Positions 27,691 through 37,800 of a stretch of DNA of 64,000 bases are shown piece by piece. Origin of the DNA: an uncultured virus (IMG/VR IMGVR_UViG_3300012933_000168). Lineage: Duplodnaviria > Heunggongvirae > Uroviricota > Caudoviricetes. The translations under genes and the position numbers were made by a program. The notes below the pieces were generated by a model. It was given only the letters and a program-made list of their open reading frames with translations, was not told the DNA's origin and ran no database searches. The number at the start of each line of letters is the position of its first letter. Within the stretch, counting starts at the first letter, position 1. The stretch is from IMG/VR virus record IMGVR_UViG_3300012933_000168. One strand, 5' to 3'.

Positions 27691-29129
27691 GCCTTAAACA
27701 AGCTGCAAACCATTTAGCCGCACACGGTCGCGGCCCCGACACCGAACTCGTCCACATGACCAAGGGCGAGATTAACGGCCTGCAAACTTTGGCCAAAGCC
27801 AACGGTGGCTCATTGACTATCAACCCACACACTGGGTTGGCCGAAGCTGGCTTCTTGTCGAACATTCTCCCCGTGGTGGCCGGTGCTGCTGCTATGTACT
27901 TCACTGGCGGCACAGCTGCTCCTTTGATTGCTGGTATGAGCAACGCAGCCACGATTGGTATGGGTATTGGCGCACTTCAAACCGCACGTACAGGTAGTAT
28001 CCAAAAAGGTTTGATGGCCGGTATGGGCGCTTATGGCGGTGCTGGTTTAGCTGGTGGTTTAATGGGCGCTGGCGCGGCAAGTGCTGCTACTCCATCTGCT
28101 GCCCCCGCCGTAGCTGATGCTGGTATTAGCGCTTCTCAGGCCCCTGCCGTAACCAACGCGGTTTCTCAAGGAGCCGTAACTGGACAGGCATTGCCCGGTA
28201 TGGCTAACTACAGCATAGCCCCAACTGCCGCTGGGAATGTGGCTTCCGCCGCTCCGGGTATGGAGTCTATGGCGGGTCGTATCGCAGCTGCTGGCGCTAA
28301 TACCGGTACAGTTGCTGGTGCTACCCCAATGTGGAAGTATGGCCTTGCCGCAGCCGCCCCCGCCTTGTTGCAGTCGGGCAGCCAGCAACCTCAAACTACA
28401 GTGGACAGTGGCAAGATGCCTCAACGCCTGCAATACAACGCAGGTCGCCCAACAGATGCGCAAGGGCAAACGGTTACACCCCAACCAGACGTACCAACCT
28501 ACGACAGTGGTATGGGCCAAAACTTTGGGCGACAACAAAACTACTTCCCCGATGCTGGGTATCAAAACATCACTGATGAGCAAGCCAAGCAAATGCGCGG
28601 ATATGCTGCTGGTGGCATCTTGCCAAGTCAAGGCGGTGGCCCAGTCGAGGCTATGTCAAACGCAAACGCAGTGGGCGCAAATACTGGCTTCCCTATGGCA
28701 GACGTTGGTGGCCACGCCTACGCTACTCCTTGGCAAACCCCAGTGTCTCAGAATGTGGTGCAAGGTACTGCCGACACCGGTGTGAACAGCATGACTGGTG
28801 AGCAGAACGAGTTTGCCAAGGGTGGTTTGTCTGCCGCAGCTTCGCATCTCGGTGACTACTCTGATGGTGGCCGACTGCTCAAGGGCCCCGGCGATGGTGT
28901 TTCTGATTCCATTCCAGCAACGATTGGCAACAAGCGCCCCGCCCGTCTCGCCGACGGTGAATTTGTGGTTCCAGCCCGCATCGTTTCTGAGTTGGGCAAC
29001 GGCTCTACTGAGGCAGGTGCACGTAAGCTGTACGCCATGCTGGACCGAGTCCAAGCTGCACGCAAGAAGTCAATCGGCAAAGGTAAAGTGGCTAAGAACA
29101 GCCGCGCCGACAAACTATTGCCCGCCTAA
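27687..29129 (+). CDS. Putative internal virion (ejection/pilot) protein
   Basis: GRGPDTELVHM..INPHTGL.E N-terminus; Gly/Ala TM-like segment; C-terminal GPGDGVSDSI..LADGEFVV domain. Confidence 0.75.
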   Translation: MSLKQAANHLAAHGRGPDTELVHMTKGEINGLQTLAKANGGSLTINPHTGLAEAGFLSNILPVVAGAAAMYFTGGTAAPLIAGMSNAATIGMGIGALQTARTGSIQKGLMAGMGAYGGAGLAGGLMGAGAASAATPSAAPAVADAGISASQAPAVTNAVSQGAVTGQALPGMANYSIAPTAAGNVASAAPGMESMAGRIAAAGANTGTVAGATPMWKYGLAAAAPALLQSGSQQPQTTVDSGKMPQRLQYNAGRPTDAQGQTVTPQPDVPTYDSGMGQNFGRQQNYFPDAGYQNITDEQAKQMRGYAAGGILPSQGGGPVEAMSNANAVGANTGFPMADVGGHAYATPWQTPVSQNVVQGTADTGVNSMTGEQNEFAKGGLSAAASHLGDYSDGGRLLKGPGDGVSDSIPATIGNKRPARLADGEFVVPARIVSELGNGSTEAGARKLYAMLDRVQAARKKSIGKGKVAKNSRADKLLPA

Positions 29130-29536
29130 TGTCTCTGTACCATATCCAGCCCCGAGAGCTTCCAGTTGTCTGGGGCGAAGTTGCGCCTATGCTGCAAAAA
29201 GCAATTGATATTGACCCCAATGCGGTGACAATCGAACAAGTTGAATACTCTGTACGAACAGGAGCTGCACACCTGCTCGTATGGGAAGAGCCCGGCGAAG
29301 GGCTTACTGGCGCTGTAACTGTTGAGTTCATCGACTACCCTCGGGCGCGAGTCGCACACGTAAACCTGATGGGCGGTAAAGGCATCGTGAAGAAGCATGT
29401 GTTTGAAGAAGCACAAAATTGGATGCGGATGCACGGAGCCACAAAAGCACAATGTTGGTGTCAGGACAATCTGGTGCCGATGTACGAAAAAATGGGAATG
29501 ACTAACACCCACAAGGTGATGAGGATTGAGCTATGA
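29129..29536 (+). CDS. GNAT-like acetyltransferase (T7 gp13-like position)
   Basis: 135 aa alpha/beta, VNLMGG..WMR.HG..MYEKMG; lies among internal virion genes. Confidence 0.6.
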   Translation: MSLYHIQPRELPVVWGEVAPMLQKAIDIDPNAVTIEQVEYSVRTGAAHLLVWEEPGEGLTGAVTVEFIDYPRARVAHVNLMGGKGIVKKHVFEEAQNWMRMHGATKAQCWCQDNLVPMYEKMGMTNTHKVMRIEL

Positions 29537-31815
29537 ATATCTTAGACCTGAAACGTAAATTGCTCCCTATGAGCGGCCCTCAAATGGACGGCGGCGGTGG
29601 TGGCGGCGGCAGTTCTAGCACAGGCACTCAGACTCAAATCTCTGAGCTCCCCGAGTGGGCGCGTGGTTACGCCAAGAGTGCTTTGGAGAAGGGCGCGGCT
29701 CTATCTGAAACGCCATACCAAACTTACAACGCCGACCGTATTGCGGGCTTCAGCCCATTGCAGCAGCAGTCTCAACAAGGCGCGGCAAACATGCAAACCA
29801 ACGCCGGTACCGGTATGGGTATGGGCCTCGCCGGTGCAGCTGCTCTCGGTGGTTTGAATCAAAACTACCAAGGGGGTCAGTTCCAAGGCGGGCAGTTTTC
29901 CCCCAATGCAGCTTCTCAGTACATGAGCCCGTACATCGAGAACGCTATGCAGCCACAGCTCCGTGAAGCTGCCCGTGCTTCTTCTTTGCAAGGCCAACAA
30001 AATGCGGCACAAGCTGTGGGTAAAGGCGCGTTCGGTGGTTCACGTTCTGCTTTGGTCGAGGCCGAGCGCCAACGCAATCTGGGTATGCAGCAGGGTGACA
30101 TCCGCGCTAAGGGCTACCAAACTGCTTACGAGCAGGCGGCTAACCAATTCAACCAAGACTCTACTCGTGGTTTACAGGCACAGCAGGCAGGTGAACAATC
30201 ACGTCAGTTCGGTGCCAACCTTGGCCTCCAAGGTTTGAACACAGCCCTGCAAGGTGCTGGCCAGCTCGGTGCTCTGGGCCAACAGCAATTCCAACAAGGC
30301 ATGGACATCAACAAGCTGCAAAACGCTTACGGTGGCCAGCAGCAGGCTCTGCAACAACAGGGTCTTACACAAGCTTACCAAGACTTCCAGAACCAACAGA
30401 ACTACCCATACAAGCAGTTGGGTTTCATGTCCGACATGATTCGCGGCTTGCCGCTGGGCCAAGTTACATCCAAGTCTATGTACGAGCCAGACCCCGGTAT
30501 GGCGCAGCAGATCGGCTCCCTCGGTATGGGTGCTTATGGTTTGAGCAAGTTCATGGCCGACGGTGGTATGGCTTCGTACGCCGACGGCGGCTCTGTGGAT
30601 AGCGCGGATAACGTGTCTCGTATTGTCAGCAAGCTGTCAGACCAACAACTTCAGCAAGCAGCGCAAGCTGCCCAAGCCCGTGGCGACCAAGACCAGCTCG
30701 AAGCAATTCAGAGCGAGATGGGTATGCGCGCATCCGAGCGTAACGGCTTGGCCAGTGCAGTGACTCCTCAAATGGCTGACCAGATGGCTGGTGGCGGCGT
30801 GGTTGCGTTTGCTGAGGGCGGTGTGAATGATGCACTTACCCGTATGCGCGGCCTCGCAGAGACCGACCTGACAATGACCCCCGAGCAACGCATGGCTGGT
30901 ATCAAGGGCGCACTGCCCGGTATCCAAGAAATGTATGGTCCAAGCGCAACTGCCCCCTACATGGAAGAAATCAAAAAAGAACGCGCCGGTCTGAGCAAGA
31001 TGAAAGACCAAGGCGAAGGCTTGGCGTTCTTAGCCGCGTCTCAAGCACTTGTGAAACCCGGTAGTAAGTCCCGCGCAGTTGCCGGAGCTATGGGCGCGTT
31101 TGGCCAAGAAATTGTGAAGATGGACAAAGAGAAGCGCGAAGCAGATCGTATGCTGCGCCAATCTGAAATCACTTTGGCTACCGCCGATCAAGCACGCAAA
31201 GACGGTCAAATCGGCAAGGCCGAGTCACTGTTCGACAAAGCTCAGGAACTCAAAGAGAAGGGCCTCACACGCCAACTCAGCGCCGCCGAGAAAGAAGCCA
31301 CTGTTTTGGGCGGTATCAAGCAAGCTCAAATCGGCGCATCCGCCACTCTGGGCAAGAAGACAGACTTGGAACGCCTCACCGACGCTCAGTACGCCAAAAT
31401 GCTTGAGGCAGGTGAACCGGCTAACGCGACTACCAAAGCACTTGCTTCAGAACGCGCCGCAAACTTATATGGAAAAATGGCGGGTTCTACTCGTGCCGAG
31501 ATTGCCGACACTACCGCCCGCGAGAAAGCAGCAGCCGCTGTTGACACGCTTAAGTTCCAAGACCCTGTTTGGAAAGAGGCTAAGAAGAACAAGGACCCCG
31601 AGGGTATGCGTGCGCGTGAGCAGCAGCTCATCAACGATCGTATGAAAAAACCTGAAGGGCAAGGTGGCCCAGCCCCTACCCAACAGCAACCTCAAGTTTC
31701 AGCCCCTCCAACAAAAGCGATTAGTATTTTGAAAGGCGATCCTTCAGCTCAAAATAGGGCATACTTCGACCAGACATTTGGCGCTGGCGCAGCGGCACGA
31801 GCTTTAGGAGAATAA
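29533..31815 (+). CDS. Internal virion / DNA ejection protein
   Basis: Gln/Gly/Ala-rich; YMSPY..GAFGGSR motif; helical. Confidence 0.75.
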   Translation: MNILDLKRKLLPMSGPQMDGGGGGGGSSSTGTQTQISELPEWARGYAKSALEKGAALSETPYQTYNADRIAGFSPLQQQSQQGAANMQTNAGTGMGMGLAGAAALGGLNQNYQGGQFQGGQFSPNAASQYMSPYIENAMQPQLREAARASSLQGQQNAAQAVGKGAFGGSRSALVEAERQRNLGMQQGDIRAKGYQTAYEQAANQFNQDSTRGLQAQQAGEQSRQFGANLGLQGLNTALQGAGQLGALGQQQFQQGMDINKLQNAYGGQQQALQQQGLTQAYQDFQNQQNYPYKQLGFMSDMIRGLPLGQVTSKSMYEPDPGMAQQIGSLGMGAYGLSKFMADGGMASYADGGSVDSADNVSRIVSKLSDQQLQQAAQAAQARGDQDQLEAIQSEMGMRASERNGLASAVTPQMADQMAGGGVVAFAEGGVNDALTRMRGLAETDLTMTPEQRMAGIKGALPGIQEMYGPSATAPYMEEIKKERAGLSKMKDQGEGLAFLAASQALVKPGSKSRAVAGAMGAFGQEIVKMDKEKREADRMLRQSEITLATADQARKDGQIGKAESLFDKAQELKEKGLTRQLSAAEKEATVLGGIKQAQIGASATLGKKTDLERLTDAQYAKMLEAGEPANATTKALASERAANLYGKMAGSTRAEIADTTAREKAAAAVDTLKFQDPVWKEAKKNKDPEGMRAREQQLINDRMKKPEGQGGPAPTQQQPQVSAPPTKAISILKGDPSAQNRAYFDQTFGAGAAARALGE

Positions 31816-31817
31816 GT

Positions 31818-34800
31818 ATGGCGAATCCATTCGCGGAGTTTGCCCCAGCAAAAGAGGAGGTGAACCCGTTCGCGGAATTTGCTCCTAAACAGGAAAAGCC
31901 CGAAGAGGGAAATCCGTTTGCTGCCTTTGCTGCAAAGCCTGAACCAAAGCCAGAGGACCAATCGTTCCTGCGCAGTGTTGCCGACGTACCCCTCAAAGCC
32001 GCTTCTGGTTTGGCTACTGGCGTGCGCTTGGTTGCCGACGCTTTTGGTGCGGGTAGTGGCGTGTCCAACACCATCAAGGGTGTGGAAGATTACATCGGTG
32101 ATTTGTACAGCGCGCAGTCTAAGAAGGACTCGGCTGAGATTTCCCGCATCATGAAGGATGCTGAGGACAAAGGCGTTGGCGATCAAGTTAAAGCTGCCAT
32201 CAAAGCCTTCACCGTTGCCCCTATCGACACAGTCGTAAACGCCTTGGGCACCTCCGCTCCCGCTATCGTGGCGGGTTTAGGCGCGTCTGTTCTCGGTGCT
32301 GGTGCACTTGCTACCACTGCCGTCGGTGCGGGTGTGGGTTCCGTCATGGGCGCAGGTACGATCAAGGGTTCTATCTACGATGCGGTCAAGGAAGAACTCC
32401 AGAAGACCGAGATGCCCGAAGAGCAGATCGAAGCCCGCGCAAAGATTGCGCAGGAGTATGGTGGCAAGAACTTAGACCAAATCCTGATGGGTGCTGGCTT
32501 AGGCGCAATCGGCGCAACTACAGGTTTCGAGCCCGCAGTTGCCCGTCAAGTGGCTAAACAGATCGCCACAGGTAGTGTCAAGAAACAAGCGATTGCTACG
32601 GCTGCTAAGGAATTTGCAGGTGAAGCCGCTGAAGGTGGCCAAGAACAACTGGCCCAAAACATTGCTCTCCAGCGCGAAGGCTATGACGTACCCACCATGC
32701 GCGGCGTGGTTGGGCAAGCTACTCTTGAAGGTCTGGCTGGTGCTGGCCTCGGTGCAACGTCTGGTGTGCGTGAAGGTTTGGAAGCTCGACGCATTGCCGC
32801 CGAGAAAGATATGCCAGTTCCCTCTGCTACTCCTACGGCAGAAGAACAACCAACGCAGGCAGCTCCAGTTGAAGAGCGCGTAGTCGCTCGGGCCAAAGAA
32901 TTGGAAGCCCAAGGCTACCAAGCCGACGATGCCGTCAAAGTGGCTACACGTAATATTGCCGACGAGGATGCGAAAGCCCGTGCCCCAGAAGTGGAAGCTG
33001 CGGTAGCCGACGTAGTGGCTAACCCCGAGCGCGTGGCTGAATTGACCTCTACGCTCCAGCAAGAATTTAACTTTAGTCTCGCAGAAGCTGAAACTACTGC
33101 GGTCGAACTTGCCACAGAGGAAGCCAAAGAAGATGCGCTCGCCCAAGCGGATACAGCAGGAGAAGCAAATGTTGGACAACCTATCGCCGAAGCAGGTGGA
33201 GTCAGCCCTGAGTTGGCTGGACAGCCCGATCAAAACGCCCCCGCCGCAGGAGTTGGAGAGCCTACAGCCGCTGGAATGGTTCCTGCTGGAGAGAATGTTG
33301 CACCTACTGTTGCAGGAGAAGCGGTCGAGCCCACTGCACTGAAAGACAAACTAGTCACTTCAATCGACGGCAAACCTTGGACGTATTTCAAGCCCGGTGC
33401 AGAGGTGGTGCAAACGCGTTACGCCGGGGCACCTGCAAAGGTGATCGAGGCGATAGATCGTCCAGAAGGTGGAACTGACTATAGACTTGAAGTTGACGTT
33501 AGCCAACACCCCGACGGTGTGGATGACAACGGAGAACGAATCGGCACCGCAAATGTATTGGTGTCGGATGATGAACTAAACCGCTCAAACCCCGCTACTC
33601 AACAACCACAAGGAGCCCAAGTTGGCACTGAAACCACTGAAGCCGTCCAAGCAGAAACGCAAGGACAAGAACCAGCCCCTGCCGCCGAAGTAATCGAAGA
33701 AGCTCCCGCCGAGGAGTTCACACCACAACAGATCGCTCAGGAGCTTATTGCTACTGAAGAAGCCAAAGCTGAAGAAGCCCCGGCAGTGGAAGTCGCACCA
33801 GTCGCTAAGCCTACAAAGGCGAGTAAAAAGGCGCAAGACAAAGCTAACCTCAAAGAAGTTGAGGAGCTTGAAACTAGGTTTGCAAGCGTGAGCCGCCCGC
33901 TTACGGATGCAGAAATTGAGTCGATGCGTGCCGCTAGAGAAGTTGCTACTGGCGCAGACCCAAAGGACCTAACCGACCTCGTGCGCGAACACCGACTGGA
34001 TAAGGTTAAGGCGATCAACGACATCCTTGATATGCGTGAGCGCATGAAGACGGCTAGCCCCGAGGTGAAGGCGCGTCTCAACGACTTGATTAACAGCCCC
34101 AACATTTCTGCGCAAGAGTACAAAGACGTCGTTGCGGGCCGAGCACTGCGCGCCAAGTACAGCGCCCAGCTCAAAGCTGCGGAAGCCCCTGCGAATACTG
34201 CGTTTGGCAAAGCCACCAATGGCGCGCAAGCGTTGGCCATCGTCATCAAGACAGGTGACGGCTTCCAGAAGATGCTCGCTAAGCGCATCCTCCCATTCGT
34301 GCGCAATGTTAAGTTTGTGGTCGTGGAAAAGGGCAACGAGCCCGACGCGCTGAAGACTGAGAAGGGCGAGAAGTTCTGGAAAAACGCCAGCGGTCTGTTT
34401 GTGCAGAACGACGCCACAGGCGAGCGCACCGTCTATGTGGCGGGGGACAGCTACGGCGAACTCCAAGGCATCAACAACATCACCGTGCTGCACGAGCTGC
34501 TGCACGCCGCAACAAACCAAAAGCTGTACCTCGGCCTCAAGGCGATTGAGAACGGATTCTCTTCTAACGCCGACCTCACTAAAGCAGTCCGAGAGTTGCA
34601 AGATGTCATGCACCGCGTGCAAGACTACGTCATGGATAACAGGGGCCAACTGCCTCCAGCAGTCCTTGAAATCATCAGGAACACCAACGGCATGGTGATT
34701 ACCGACCTGCGCGAGTTCTTGGCCTACGGTATGTCTGACCCAGACTTCCAAGAGTTCATGATGAATGTGCAGGGTGTTGAGGAAGACGTATCGTTCTTCT

Positions 34801-37800
34801 CCCGTTTTGTCGCTGCTATCCGTGAGTTCTTCAAGATGGGCGAGGACACTACCAACGCCTTGACCGACTTGATCGTATCGACTGACCGCTTGCTGTCGGC
34901 CCAGAAAGATGCGCGTATGCGTTTCTTGGAAGCTGGGGATAAAGCTTTGGCCCAACGTGGCGAAGCCGAACTCAAGATGTCCCAACAGACGATCACCAAG
35001 TCTACGCAGAAGAAAGTGGACAAGCTGACGAAGTCTTCGTTTGCCGACAACCTCCGTGACGGCTTTCCAGCACTGGCTGCATTGCGCGGCCAAACTCCGA
35101 TTGCGGATGAACTCAACCTGCGTGCGGGCGACTTCAAGCTCAAGGCTCTCCAGCAGCTCCTGCCTAGCTTGCAGACTGAGACTCTGGTTCAATGGGCTAC
35201 TCGTATTGACGCAGGTGGTGGCCAACGCGGTATTCCCGGTATTGCTGAGTCTTGGCAGGCTACAGGCGACATGGTTGCTATGCGCACCAAGTTCACAAAC
35301 GCTATGGGCAAGATCAACGACAAGTTGTCTGAAGTGTCGGCCAAGGCACCTGACCAATACAAGCAGCTCGCCGACGTGATGCACTTGTCTACGCTGCTCT
35401 CCAAAGACCCAGCTACAAACAAGACCAACCCCGCACTCAACCGTATGTGGGATGGGCTGACCGACGCAAACAAAGCGTTGTACGAAGACATTCGTGACTT
35501 CTACAAGAACAGCCACGAGCTGTACCACTCCCTGCTCGACGAACAGTTGGAGGCTTCAACGCTCCCCCAAGAAGCGAAGAGCAAGCTCATGGCGTCTATC
35601 AAAAAGATGTATGAGGACGGCAAGAAGTTGTACCCGTACTTCCCACTGATGCGCTACGGACAGTTCTGGGTGCGCGTCGGTAAAGGCAAAGAAGGTGAGT
35701 TCCACATGTTCGAGAGTTCTCTCGACCGTGACCGCTTTGTGCTGGAGCGCGTGCGTCAAATGAATGAGAGCGGGGATACGCGTTCCAAAGCCGAGATGAT
35801 GAAAGACCTCGACATAGACGAGGGCAACGACCTGACCAGCGCACGCCGTAGAGATGACAGCGCCAGCGATATGCTGAAGCAAATCTTCAACACCATTGAT
35901 GCTTCCAAGAAAGACGGAGACGTTAAGTCCGAGGCACTCAAAGACGAGATTTACCAGCTCTACTTGCAGACTCTGCCCGACCGCAACTTCCGTCGCCAGT
36001 ATTTGAAGCGCCAAGGCAAGGCTGGTTTCTCTGGTGACATCCAGCGCAACTTCATCAACATGGGCACCAACACAGCTGCCCAGTTGGCGCGCATCAAGTA
36101 CGGCCCGACTATCATGGGGCAGTTGGAGCGTGCGGAGGCTTCGTTAGTTGGTAACCCAGACAAGGCGCGCCTCGGTGAGTTTGTGTCGGAGATGCGTATT
36201 CGTGCCGAGCAGCAAGTTCGCCCTGACCCAGAAAACGGTGTCGGCTTTGAGCTGGCCAAGCTAGCTAACACTTCGGCGTTCTTGTGGATGATGACCTCGG
36301 TGAAAACCATGGCCACCCAATTTACGTCTATCCCTATCTTCGTAGCTCCTGTGTTGGCGTCAAAGCACGGCACGGCCAAAACCGCTGCGGCATTGGGCAA
36401 GGCTCTGAACGTGTTCAACGGCATCGGCATCGTGGGTAAGGATGGCAAGTACACCCCGCCGAGCATGGAGAACTTAAAGGGTTTGACTGCCGACGAGAAA
36501 GCCGCCATGCAGTACATGGTGGACCGTGGCCTGAGCGACAACACAATGGCGTTTGAGCTGGGCAACCGACGCGATATGTCCACTGCGGCATACAACAACC
36601 CCGTGCGTGCGGGTATGCGCCAAGTCTCTAACGCGATGACTGCTATGTTCCACCACGCGGAACGCTTGATTCGTGAAGTGACGTTCATTACTTCGTACCG
36701 CTTGAACAGAGAAAAACTTGGAAACACACCCGGCGCACATGAAAAAGCACTGCGTCTGGCCGAGGCCGAGTCACACGAGGCGCTGAACAACTACCATGGC
36801 TCTAACCGCCCACGCGGTATCTTGGCCAACAAACAACGCGAAGTCATGCTCGACGCGCACAAGCCGCTTGGCCGCGCAGTGCTCCAGTTCAAGATGTACC
36901 CAGCGTTTGTGACCACCTACTTCGTGCGCAACTTCTACCGCATGACTAACCGCATGGAAGACCCACAAGTTCGCAAAGAAGCGCGCATCCAATTCCTTGG
37001 TTCGTTGGGTATGTCAATGAGCTTGGCTGGCTATATCGGTATCCCCGGAATTAGCTTTGCTATGGGCATCATCCAAGGACTGTTGAACGGCCTACGCGGT
37101 GACGACGACGATGACGAGTTGGAAGGCCGAGACCTTGAGTTCTGGATTCGCAACAAGTGGATGCCTGAGACCTTCGGAAACGTGAAGATTGGCGGTAAGG
37201 GGCTCGACGAGATTCTCGACCGTGGTGTTGTTGCTGCTTTGACTGGCTATGACATTACCAGCAGCTTGTCGATGAACAACATGTGGTTCCCTGAGCAGAA
37301 GGAACAAGCTACTGCCGTCGGTGAAATGCAGAGCTTCTTGTTGTCGCTCGCTGGACCCGGCGCGTCTCTTGCCACTACGCAAATCCCCAAAGCGATTGAC
37401 TACTTCAACCAAGGTAAGATTTTGCAAGGGATGGAGCAGCTGTCCCCAGCGTTGTTCCGTGGCGGCTTGACTGCGGTTCGGTATGGCCAAGAGGGTGCGA
37501 CTACTTCTTCTGGTGCAGTGATTAAAGAGCCAAACGAGTTCACCGCAGGTCAGTTGCTGGCGCAAAGTGCTGGTTTCGTTACCGACGGTCTCCAAGCAAA
37601 GCGCGAAGCCATCTTCAAGCTGCAAGGTGAGATCATGAAGGTTAAGCAAGAGCGCACCAAGATTCTTGACCGCCTCGACTTGGAAATCAACAAGGGCTCT
37701 GACGAAGATGTGGAGAAGGCGTTTGAGAAGGTGTACAAGTTCAACTCGCGCAACCCAATGGACGCGATCGACAACGACAACATCCGCCAGTCTTTGAAGA

